Part shown: positions 23,472 to 34,020 of the stretch, piece after piece | Position numbering within the stretch: position 1 is the stretch's first letter | How the letters are laid out: every line of letters starts with the position of its first letter | Source: Chiloscyllium plagiosum | Lineage: Eukaryota | Assembly: GCF_004010195.1 (NCBI RefSeq) | Contig: NC_057719.1 | Coordinates: 51,927,894 to 51,961,913, forward strand | Direction: 5' to 3' | DNA length: 34,020 nucleotides | Position numbers and translations under genes: made by a program | The notes under the pieces: generated by a model | Database searches by the model: none | Told to the model about the DNA's origin: nothing | The model's input: the letters and a program-made list of their open reading frames with translations, nothing else

Positions 23472-23812
23472 GGTGCAGCACGGTGGCTCAGTGGTTAGTA
23501 CTGCTGCCACACAGCTCTGGGGACCTGGGTTTGATTCCTGCTTCGGGTGACTGTCTGTGTGGTGTTTGCACTTTCTTGTGTATCAGCGTGGGTTTCCCTG
23601 GGTGCTTCAGTTTCCTCCCACAATTCAAAGCTGTGCAGGTTAGGTGAATTGGCCATGCTAAATTGCCCACATTGTTCAGGGATGTGTAGGTTAGGTGCAT
23701 TAATCAGGGGTAAATATAGGATAATTGGGGTGGACGGAGGAATGGGCTGCGGTGTGGACTTGTTGGGCTAAAGGGCCTGTTTCCACACTGTAGGGATTCT
23801 ATGATTCTATGA
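23472..23812 (+). mobile_element. HE1 SINE, full length
   Basis: GCACGGTGGCTCAGTGG A box, GGTTTGATTCC B box, central GTGAATTGGCCATGCTAAATTGCCC, and CR1-like tail (GATTCTAT)2. Confidence 0.92.
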
Positions 23813-25379
23813 AGTGAGATTTTAAATTCAGTGGGTAGTCTTGGCACAGCATGCCCTATCTAGAAATGAGATGGAGGCAAATTCAAGATATGAATGTAAG
23901 AGGCCATCGGACGATTATTGATTAGAAACAATGGCCAATCTTCTGGGGGAAAAGCAGGATATTGGCACTACGTTCAAATGCTCAGAGAACCATCGCTGCC
24001 AGCATGGGCTGGATGACCTCTTTCTGAACTGTAATTCTGAGATTGTGTACATATTCAGCATTATCTGACAGAGCTAAATCAGGTACAAACACAAATTAAA
24101 GAACAGGAAAGGAAGGCTGTTTAAGGAGATAGAGGGAAAAGAAAGACCAGAACAAAAGTGAACAAAACATTTTAAAAGATCATCCCAAAAATGTGTCATG
24201 AGGCAATGAAACGACTGCTTCATTCATTCCCTTACTTGGTCAAAAAGGTTCATTGACATTAACAATATAACAACATTAATGCAAAGTGTATTTACACTGT
24301 TGAGTGTAAACTTAACTCTCTGCGGTAAATCTAATTTGAGTTTAATGAGCAAATCCAACAAATAACAGTAGTTGAAGGTGAGATGCATTTGACATGAGGT
24401 ATGCCGGCAGCATAAGAGTGTAGGTTGACAAGAAATTTATGAAGAATTGTATTCATAATGTATCTGTTCTTTGCATGAACTTGTCCTTGCATACATGATA
24501 CACAGTGCACTGTGGCTTTTCAAGCAAGACTTAGACAATTGATTTTTGCAGATAGTTTGTCATCTTCATATGAATGCAATTCAGAGGAAAAAAAATATTC
24601 CAAGTTGATTTGTCAATAGTGTAGCTTTTAAACTGTTACAGCAGGGTTTCTTTTTACTATACATTTTGTCACACTAATTTCAACATCAAACATTGAAGAA
24701 ATTTTAATGACTTTAAAAGCTTCTCATTTTACTTAACTTCGGTGTTGAAAACATTTGATTGCAGGAAGATAATATCCTCTCTGTAAAAGAAATCGTAAAA
24801 TTGCAGTTTCAGTTGATTACTTCTGTTTAAATCAATTCCACTCTCTAAAGTAAAGTTGACAAAGAGGTATTCTTGGTGCAAATTGATCTGCTTTCCATTT
24901 CCAGCACTTACTGTTGTTGGCGCAGGAGATAGCTAATGCATTTAAAATCAAACTTATCTTTGAACTAAAGGTATACAAGATGCATTGGGCTGAGGGAGTC
25001 AGAAAATTATATTACCATTCCTGTATTTACTAGATCTGCTGTACTGCATGTAAAACATAATGATGAACTGGTAACATCTTCATGAAGATATTAACATTGG
25101 AAATACTAATATTATGATTGCATATATGCAAATTTATGCTAAAACTTAGTTAACAATTTCATGTTATCCATACTTCAGATAGGTACTCATAATGTAAAAT
25201 AAAGACCTCCAAGACACTGTCCTTTAAGTTATACAATTAAAATTTCTGATCTGTGTCAGGCATTTCTACATGGGAGAACTTTGTAGTTCAAATACAAACG
25301 TATGAAAGTAACATGCAGGAAAATATCATTTGATTCTTTGAGCCAGTCCCATTCAGCCATGCTGTAATGAAGAAGTAAA

Positions 25380-25590
25380 AGTAAAGTACTGGAACAACAG
25401 CAGCAGAAACATTTTTCTTTCAACAGCATAAAATCTATCCAATTTCTACCTCTCTTCAGTTCTGATGCACTGTTGAATGGTCAGAACTGAATTCTGTCTC
25501 CTCATTAATGCTGCCTACACTGCTGAATTTTCCAACTTGCCAGCACTTTCTGCTTTTATTTCAAATTTCCAACAACTGCAGCATTTTTTA
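25380..25590. mobile_element. Very old PLE-derived fold-back remnant
   Basis: TTCAGTTCTGA/TCAGAACTGAA inverted pair and an ATGCTGCC..CTGCTGA..CCAGCACTTTCTGCTTTTATTTCA..CTGCAGCATTTT tail. Confidence 0.5.
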
Positions 25591-25900
25591 TTTAATGAAG
25601 CATTATAGACTCCCAGTGCTTCTAATCACCAACAGCAATAATGCGATGGTTGTAAAGTTAGAGGCAAGAATCAGGAGCATATGGTCTTAAACAAGCGCAA
25701 TTTGAGCACTTACCCTCCCAACAGCTTGCCAGCCTCCTACATTCCTGGTGCAGGAGGCCTCAAAAATTTGTTGTAAAAACCAGTGACCTTCTTAAATGAA
25801 ATATCAGAGGGTGGGAGGAATAAGGTTTTGGACGTTTGGTGGTATTGGGCAAAATGGAACCAGAGGCAGACAGAAATAGCCTTCCGATAAATGAAGAAGA

Positions 25901-26132
25901 TGTCGTGATTGTAACATGATCAGCCAGGTGGACCTTAGAATGGAAATTCCCTGATTTGATCAGATTAACAGCCCCAATCAGGGACGCCTGGCTGACAGAT
26001 ATAACCAGGAGTGTCAAAGGTTCTGGTCACTCAGAGGTGGTTTTGAGATAGCTGGACAAGTGTCAAGTTGTTTACACATGTAAATAAAGGATGCATTGGT
26101 GAGAGGATACCAACCTCAGTGGAGTTATTTCA
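25901..26132 (+). mobile_element. Solo LTR (232 bp) with a 5-bp TSD
   Basis: TG...CA termini, CCAAT, TATAA and AATAAA in order; GAAGA at 25896-25900 and 26133-26137. Confidence 0.85.
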
Positions 26133-26424
26133 GAAGATCAGGGGAAATACAACATATTTTCTTGTGGCAATGAGAACATTTTTTTTTCCATTTCACTGAA
26201 GTGAATGGTGCAGTATTAAAACATTTTGAGGATTAAATGCATAATCCTGTGCATGTCCATTCACCTGTTTATGATTTCCCATAAGATAGAAAATGGATCT
26301 AAAGACAAAAGCATTTATATTAACATTGATCTTTAGCTGGAAATACATTTTAGGATGATTGTGTAATGAAACTCTACATGGGCATATTTAGGAATTTTCA
26401 GCATCAGCACATTTCCAGTAAGAT

Positions 26425-26720
26425 TTCCCTACTCTTACATTCCAATCCCCTTGAAATAAAGGCAACATCCCATTTGGCTTCCTGATTACCTGCTGCATCT
26501 GTGTGCGAGCTATGTATTTCATACAGAAGTACCCCCAAGTCACTTTGTGTTGGAGCTTTCTGCAGTTTCTCTCCATTTAAATAACACAGTTCTTTTGTTT
26601 TCTCTTCCTAAATGAACAACTTCATATTTTTTCACAATTCACTACTTGCCAACATTTTACCCATTCAACTTATCAATATCTCTCTAAACTTTTTGTATCT
26701 CACTGGCAACGTATCTCCAA
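26425..26720 (-). mobile_element. CR1 RT fragment
   Basis: Minus-strand QMQQVIRKPNGMLPLF and degenerate YEVVHLGR and DLGVL motifs. Confidence 0.75.
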
Positions 26721-27372
26721 CTATAGGAGCAGAGATAGAGTGAATGGGAGATATTGGAGAGAGGATGGTGTCACTTATGCTAGCAGAGCGGAGCGGAAAA
26801 TTGGGAAATTGACTTCCTCCAATTGTGCATGTACCCTTTCAGAGACTGCAATAATCCAAGCTGGCATGGTCTGGCATCATGACTTCTCTGGCAAAGGCAT
26901 TTGGAGGGGTGGGGGATGGAGTAGTGGTGATAGGTGATGGGGATGAAGAGGACTTCTTACCTGGACACGACCCCTTCCATCAAGACTTCCAGGAGAGCAT
27001 TTATTTCCCTCTGTCTGCCATGTGCAGGGGAAATGTCAGTAACCATGCAGAGCAACTCTGGACTGACAGTACATGCCTAGTACACAACAAGACTTTAAAA
27101 CTAACGAAAGTGGAAGCGACTCTGATTGATTCCAGGATATCCGCTGAGTGGGTAAGTTGTTCTGGGAATTGCAGTTTGAAGATGCGCCAAACAAATCTAT
27201 AACCTGGTGGCTAATACTGCTTGGGCTTGAAAGAGAAAGGGGGATACCACCTTTACTCCATATTTAGCATAGTGACAATGCCAGGAGCAAAGAGCTGCCG
27301 ACCATCCAGTGGCAGTGGAAGTCTCACCTCAAGGTAGTTAAATGTCCCGATTGACATTATGTCAAAATGGAA

Positions 27373-27497
27373 TGGAGGGCGTTTGCCCGAAACGTCGGTT
27401 TTCCTGCTCCTCGGATGCTGTCTGACCTGCTGTGCTTTTCAAGCAGCACTCTAATCTAAACTCTGGTTTCCAGCATCTGCAGTCCTCACTTTCGCCT
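27373..27497 (+). mobile_element. PLE 3' terminal fragment starting inside the hammerhead, with a TSD of about 16 bp
   Basis: GGGC-GTTT-GCCC-GAAA-CGTC followed by the full tail to CTGCAGTCCTCACTTT; ATTAT(G)TCAAAATGGAA at 27356-27372 and 27498-27513. Confidence 0.88.
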
Positions 27498-28009
27498 ATT
27501 ATTCAAAATGGAACCACAAAACTGAGAGCAGATGCTACAGACTCTGCGTAATGGCCATAAAATCTAGCCCTAGGTGAATTATGCATTATTGCAGATCATG
27601 GGACTAATGGAATTCTAGTGTTATCAGGGAGACCAAGAAATGGTTTATACCTGATTTAGAGATTAAAATCCCTAAATTGCTGCATCATAAATTTTTCATA
27701 AAAAATGGGTTCAGTTTAAATTGACTTTAAACAATTAAGGCTCATTTTAAATCATGCATTAAGTCAGTATTCACATTCCAGTACATCTTTCAATGCTTTT
27801 GCTAATTGCCATCTTATCATTTAAGTGAACTGTACATTGTCTATTAATCTTAGCGATATCCTTGATTGATTTGTGAAATTATCACACCATTCATCATTGC
27901 TGACCTTGTACTGAAAATAATTATTTCTTCCCTATTCAAAATAAAGGTGTTCCTTATTAAAGGTGGTCAAAATAAAGAAGAAAATTAAGAGAATTTATTC
28001 CTTTTACTA

Positions 28010-28710
28010 ATAAGAACATAGAACATAGTAACTTTCTCAGTATAGGAAGAAACCATTAGAGTTCATCTGGCAAGTACTATTATTTAGTCCTGTGTTGTAT
28101 CCCATAATATCTTTCTTGTAAAAAACAACAGGTACTCATGCAGCCTCTCAAATTTGCTGAGGATCAAAACTGTTTCCTTTCCAGTTGAATCCATAAGCAG
28201 GTATCCCCATCCTCTGCAGGAAGGAGCAAACTGCCCGATCTTTTCAACTTCCCTCTAAACTGTCTTCTCAAATTTGTATGATCATTATAAGGATAACCAT
28301 TTCACTTCTATCCTTTCTAAGATATAGGAGCCATTTTACCCATTGAGTAGTGGAGCAGATGCAATCTTGAGTGATATGTTTCTCAATCCTATTCTCTTAC
28401 TTTCTCCATAACCCTTGGCTCTCTTACTAATCAAGAGCCTATCTATTTCTGAATTAAACACACTTAATGACTTAGCCTTTACAGCCTTCTGCAGCAATGA
28501 TTTCCAAGCTTCAAAATTCCCTGGCTAAAGAAATTCCTCCTCATTCCAGTTCTAAAAGGTGAGCCCTTCACCCAGAGACTGTGCCATCGGGTACTAGTCT
28601 CTCCTATTAGTAGACACATCTTCTCCAAGTCCACACTATCCAGGCCTCTCAGTACTTTGTAAGTTTCAATCAGATCCCCCCCCCATCCTTCTAAACTCCA
28701 TCAAATATAA
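28010..28710 (-). mobile_element. CR1 3' fragments (probably two)
   Basis: AAGAACATAGAACATAG tail at about 28012, a second tail TAAGATATAGGAG at about 28318, and AAGAAATTCCTCCTCAT and AGATCCCCC..CATCCTTCTAAACTCCA RT-end motifs. Confidence 0.7.
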
Positions 28711-29067
28711 TCTTGGAACATTAATAACATCACTTCTGAGCCTTCTACTCCCTTACGTACACGTTTTTCAGCTTAGTGATTTCATCACTTAACACCAAAT
28801 CACTTAATATCAAATTAGTTGCTTTTCACTATATTCATGCCAAAACATGTCTATGTTTCTAATAATACAATGACCAGAATTGGAAGAGTATCTTCTTGAG
28901 TCTGAACAAACCCGGATGCCATTATTCTGTTTCATTTTTTAGCTTGTTGCCTTATGATGATCAAGTTTTGGTATTTTATGTGAATCAAAATTTTAAAGAA
29001 AAAAGGAAAAGAAAAATTCAATCTTGGCTTGTTCTCATTCAATTTCCTGAGAAAAGTGCAAAACATA

Positions 29068-29392
29068 GGGGTGCACAATGGCTCAGTGGTTAGCACTGTT
29101 GCCTCACAGCACCAGGGACCCAGGTTCAATTCCCCCCCCGGGCAACTGTCTGTGTGGAGTTTGCACGTTCTCCCCGTGTCTGTGTGGGTTTCCTCTGTGT
29201 GCTCCCGTTTCCTCCCACAGTCCAAAGATGTGCAAGTTAGGTGAATTGGCCATGCTAAATTGCCCGTAGCGTTAGGTGCATTAGTCAGGGGTAAATATAG
29301 GAGAATGGGTCTGCATGGGTTGCTCTTTGGAGGGTTAGTGCGGACTTGTTGGGCCGAAGGGCCTGTTTCCACACTGTAGGGAATCTATCTAA
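29068..29392 (+). mobile_element. HE1 SINE, full length
   Basis: TGGCTCAGTGG, GGTTCAATTCC, conserved core and GGGCCGAAGGGCCTGTTTCCACACTGTAGGGAATCTA tail; AACAT(T)AGGG flanks. Confidence 0.93.
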
Positions 29393-30014
29393 CATTAGGG
29401 CAGACTTCAGGGGAATTTTTATGATCCCTGAAGATGACCAAGAAAGTTCCAGATGACTGCAGTGAACCAGGGTATTTATTACTGTCGATCCCACACATCT
29501 ATCCCCACACTACTCTCAGACTGAACAGAACAAGAAAATAGATGGGAATACACTGTTGCTCAACTTATTTCTCCCTCTCTTCCACTGCTTTTGTGTCCCA
29601 TGCCATTCAGACACTACCATTCCCTATTTACCACTTTTGCAACGTCATGCCATTCAGCGGTAAGTTTGCTGTGTGCTATTTGACCTTGGACAGAGCCCAG
29701 GGAGATAGTCTGTCTGGTTCATTTGGTCCCACTGACTGTACTTGGAGACGTGACTGCACAAGTGATTGTGAGCATCATTTAGAAAGAAGGAAGCAGTAAG
29801 TACTTGTCCTGAGCTGCATGAACAAACCTTTTTTTTTGTGATTAGGTGAAGAGCTGGTTTAGAAAGTTACATTAACCCAAGTAAGTTGTGGTAGTAACGA
29901 GAGGCAAATTCATGGGGATGATTTCTTCTCACCTGCTACATGGAGAGGAAGAAATTAAATCTTTGAAGATTTTCTTAATTGCAAGAATCTGTTTGTTGGC
30001 CTTACATCCAAGTA

Positions 30015-30500
30015 AGTTGATGTGCCCGCACCATCATAGAGAATGTAGTTTCCCACTAGTTATCCTGCCCTGTGACATTTCATGAGTAATACCTGTTAGC
30101 TGACAAATCCTCTATCCATACTAACATGTTACTCCCTATATCTGGAGTTCTTATTTTGTGTAGCAAGCTTTTATGTGGCACATTATCACACGCCTATCAG
30201 AAATCTAAGTGCATTACATTTACATGATTCCCCTTTCACTACCTTGCTTGTTTCTCCCTCAAAAGAAATCTAAATAAATTAGATTTGATTTTCCTTTCAT
30301 AAAACTATGTTGCCTCTGTTGCGTTGTATTGTAATTTCCAGATGTTCTGCTAATATCACACAAGTAATAGTTTGTAATAGTTTGTAGCATTTTCTGTATG
30401 ACAGATGTTAGATGTGCAGTTTCCTCTTTACTGTATCCCGATTTTCATGAGCAGAGTTATTACATGAGTGACTGTCCAAAAATTGGGGACCTTTGCAGAA
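30015..30500 (-). mobile_element. Old CR1 RT fragment
   Basis: Degenerate reverse-strand motifs TTATGTGGCACATTATCACACGCC (FDKVPH-like), GATTTTCCTTTCATAAAACTATG (HGFMKG-like) and ACAGATGTTAG. Confidence 0.6.
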
Positions 30501-30943
30501 CCATTAGTCACTAGACTTTCGAAAATCACTTGATAAATGATGTAAGAACATTTCCAAGTGATTAAAAATATCATAGGAAACTGAAATTGAAGACAATTAC
30601 ATGTTGTGCCTGTGAGTCAATCCCTCTGACAAAGTTAGTTATAAATCATGAATTAAGCTTAAAGGTTAATGAAAATAAATTAAATCTGGGAGATTAATTT
30701 CTTCTGGCAGAAGGATTTTTGTTCCTAAATTACTTTCTTCTTTCCTGAGCCTTCCTTGAAACTTTTTAAAATTTTCATGTTTTTTTTGCGTTTCAGCACC
30801 TGTAGACTTTAATGGGGGTAATTTTCAACTTGCTGTCTATGTGCACGTCTGACATTTTGGACAGCCCAGACTTCATAGAAACTGCAATTTTCAGTTTTGT
30901 GAATGGTAAAGAAAATGAAATCCTGTTCCGTACTATTTTATTT

Positions 30944-31171
30944 TAGATTAGATTACTTACAGTGTGGAAACAGGCCCTTCGGCCCAACAAGTCCACACCG
31001 ACCCGCTGAAGCGCAACCCACCCAGACCCATTCCCCTACATTTATCCCTGCCCCTAACACTACAGGCAATTTAGCATGGCCAATTCACCTAACCTCCACA
31101 TTTTTTGGACTCTGGGAGGGAACCAGAGCATCCGGAGGAAACCCACGCAGACACGGGGAGAATGTGCAAAC
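30944..31171 (-). mobile_element. HE1 SINE, 5'-truncated
   Basis: (TTAGA)n tail, GGAAACAGGCCCTTCGGCCC and GGCAATTTAGCATGGCCAATTCACC; TTTTATTT on both flanks. Confidence 0.92.
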
Positions 31172-33761
31172 TTTTATTTCACAAAAGGCAGAAGTACCAG
31201 TTTAGTCCTGGTAGTGGCACTGCTGATCCATTATATAATAATTTGGAGCAAAATTGCTGCAAACCAGTGGAAAAGGATGAATTTCTGTTCTTTGTGGGGG
31301 ATTCGTGGAGTCCCAAGAGTGTTGATTGAGGGATCCATTTGAAAAAGAGTACACATATGTGGCTGAATACTTCACATATCATTTTCTTGTGTCTCCGCTT
31401 ATCTGAAGGTTATTCATTGAAGTGGTTGTGCCAAACCCTGGAGATTGAAAGATCGAATAAGGAACTGCAGACCATCTCCTCTTGTATATCTCTTCAAACA
31501 AGTTAGTGTTTCCCTCAGTGGGATCAGCTCAGAAAAGGTTGTGTTACTTTTGGTTTCAATGGCACGTATTCTGTGAAATCACAATTCTGGTTATTTTAGA
31601 TATTTCCGTGTAACCTGATGGAAACACAAATATTGGTCCCATAAATTACCTCATTAAAATCTGTGCATGCAGCTTGTAACAATGTTGTCTAGAATCAGAA
31701 ATAATAGAAGATTCTCCATGTGATAAGTTATTTTTTAAATTAATACAGGTCGGAAAAGATTTGGCTTGGAAATATGGAAGCCAACAGTGGGGACCATTAT
31801 CTACAAGTAAAATGAACCAGCAATATCCAGCTATTAGACATGTATGGTTAAATGCAGATATCTGGAAGTTTCCTGCAACATAGCCTGTTCTCTAGAAGTA
31901 GTGCAGTAAAGACTTTTAGCCAATGGTCTGTATTGAATACATGACACTGGATTTTATAGCTGTGAATTAGGCAGTCAACGCTCCCTGCACAGCAACTCCT
32001 GACTATTAGTTATGTAAACTACAACATGGGATATCCAACCCTACTCTAGACTCCAAAATTACAGTCAGTTAATGGCTGCTGATATCAGGAGTTTGCTTGC
32101 CTTTTTGCAACAATAATAAACAATACCAAATTCATTTCAATTTTGTGAGCCATTTATTTCTTTTTGTTGGCACAAGGGTGAAACACTGAGAATCATTCCA
32201 CCAGGTATAAGGAAGCAGTATGAGCACAGATGAAGAGATCTGCAAGTGGGACCATGGCTGCATGGAGCAGCAGGATTTGCTGTGAAGGTGGCAGCATCTG
32301 GATATTTAATTACAGTTCATTTGGTCACTGTTTCTGGGCTGCTATCAACCATCTCCATGCCAATTAGGTCTATGGCAAGAAAGCCAGTGAATGACATTGC
32401 CAATGGAGGCCCAAATGGGCAATTATAAGAGTTACAATTCAACTACCACTGACATTCACGCAGCAGCAGACGGTTGGCTTACCATGCAGAAATCACAACA
32501 AACAAACCTGGTTGTTTTTGAGTGCAACAATCCTGAAAGACAGAAAGGATCAGCCACTTTGAGCAACCTCCTTGTCCTTACTGCTGATGCCCTTCCCTAG
32601 AATCCTCTCCATCCTGTGGCCATATTTCTGCCTTCCCTTGCCTGTGCCTGAGATCCCCCTCAGGAATGTAACCTTGGGTGGGTATAGCATCATCAGCAGC
32701 CGACACCTCCCCAGGGATAATTTTGAGCACGGAAGAGCTGCTGACCTCTAGCAGCATTTAGAAGGTAGGATGTCTGCTTCAGGGGCCCTTTATCTCAGCT
32801 CACCACTGATCTGTCAACTGCTTGAGTCACAAGGTACAGAAGGATTTCTTGAACTGAAACAACTAAGGATTGAACAGCATGATTATATTCAGCAAGTTAT
32901 TTTGGCATCTTATATTTAAAACTACAGAACAATCTTTCCACTTTGACTTTTAACAAATCGGATAAAACACCATTAAAGTAGACATTAGACTGTCCTTTAA
33001 CTAGATATTCAATGCTACAAAATCCAATATGATTCTTGGCTTCTGAGGGTTTACTTCTGATGTTTTCCGTATCCAGTCTGGAAATGTTTAACCTCAGGAT
33101 AGTTTTTCATGGAGTGTATTTTCCTGGAGATTTCTTTATCTAGCTCTAGCTAAGCAAATCTTCCCAGCTCATTTTGACTTCTTAGAGATTTAATCCATAC
33201 ATGATCTACAATCCATATTCCTGTTTGGATAATCACTGTATCTTTCTGCCTTGAGTTACTTTATGCCAAACAACATCATGCAGCCTGTGAGTCAGAGTTT
33301 CAGGAATGTCTTAGAAACCCTTCTCCCCTCAAAGTCCGTCTCCATGACAACATCAGTCGAGTATCCAGGTTAGCATATTGATCATTTATCTTTGTGACCC
33401 CAACTCTCATTATCTCGGAAGCAAATGAACAATTTAAACCATTACACGTGTTACAATTAGTTGAGAAGGGGTGAACTGGCTCCACTCAGTCAATTGCAAC
33501 AAAGGTTTAAGTTCTTTTCAGCAGGAGGCTAAACTTCTCTCCAAATAAAATTATAATTAACTTTTTTTGTACTGTAGCAGTAAGGAGCTAATCACAATTT
33601 TTCTTGAATTCCAGAGCAGGTTTATTAGCTGCTGACTCTGGGAAAGATAATGAAGGAGCAATGTCAATCATATAGCTTTTGTACAGACACTAGGGCCTTC
33701 TTACACACACACACACAAATACACAAAGGTTAAGATGGGATTGTGCTCAACACAAAAATAA

Positions 33762-34020
33762 ATTCAAACGTTGGGTGAAGATTTGTAGCTCGGGTGCTCG
33801 TTGTTGTGCTTCTGTTCGCCGAGCTAGAAATTTTTGTTGCAAACGTTTCATCCCCTGTCTAGGTGACATCCTCAGTGCTTGGGAGCCTCCTGTGAAGCGC
33901 TTCTGTGGTGTTTCCTCCGGCATTTATAGTGGCCTGTCCCTGCCGCTTCCGGTTGTCAGTTTCAGCTGTCCGCTGTAGTGGCTGGTATATTGGGTCCAGG
34001 TCGATGTGTTTGTTGATGGA
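33762..34020 (-). mobile_element. Penelope-like element (distinct family), 3' end; continues beyond the window
   Basis: Minus-strand SINKHIDLDPIYQPL is typical of a PLE ORF C-terminus; then TATAAA and a hammerhead motif. Relatively CpG-rich. Confidence 0.85.
33839..33878 (-). ncRNA. Minimal hammerhead ribozyme, best preserved in the window
   Basis: Minus strand: gca-CTGAGGA-t-gtcacct-agac-aggggat-GAAA-cGTT-tgc. Stem I is gca/tgc, both core boxes are intact, and stem III is the palindrome AACGTT. Confidence 0.75.

Larger units (their letters stand above)
21060..24045 (+). mobile_element. Old, internally deleted CR1 LINE with nested insertions
   Basis: ORF1-end motif GGGGAAGGTTTAAAACTAA, endonuclease remnants (GYKAFR, VLPDLVLG), RT remnants (ANITPLF, ALERVQKKFT, RRLRRDFIEV) and 3' UTR ATGGGCTGGATGACCTCTTTCTG. 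Confidence 0.8.

Noticed and set aside
28932..29372. ORFs with NLAWPIHL / HPEETHADTGR motifs (also 22317, 23488, 30903)
   Set aside because: These are translations of HE1 SINEs.
31945..32830. GC-richer segments that may be old DNA transposons (also 12340-12930, 17300-17720, 26720-27350)
   Set aside because: I could not define termini, TSDs or coding motifs, so they are left unannotated.

Overview
Repeat-dense, non-coding vertebrate DNA, most likely from a shark, inferred from HE1-type SINEs, CR1/HER1-type LINEs and abundant Penelope-like elements. I see no intact host gene: every ORF I can recognise is a broken retroelement fragment. Contents: several CR1 LINE remnants, HE1 and other tRNA-derived SINEs, three solo LTRs, a decayed Gypsy gag/integrase split by a Penelope insertion, and a CA-rich minisatellite. 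Most notable are many Penelope-like element (PLE) pieces from about four families carrying minimal hammerhead-ribozyme motifs. Several are short (about 200 bp) non-coding fold-back units flanked by 11-16 bp direct repeats. Other oddities are a 135-bp duplication bracketing a 57-bp PLE fragment, a perfect 66-bp copy of nearby DNA inside a PLE deletion, and many local tandem duplications. Family names come from motif recognition, not a database search, and boundaries of old elements are approximate.
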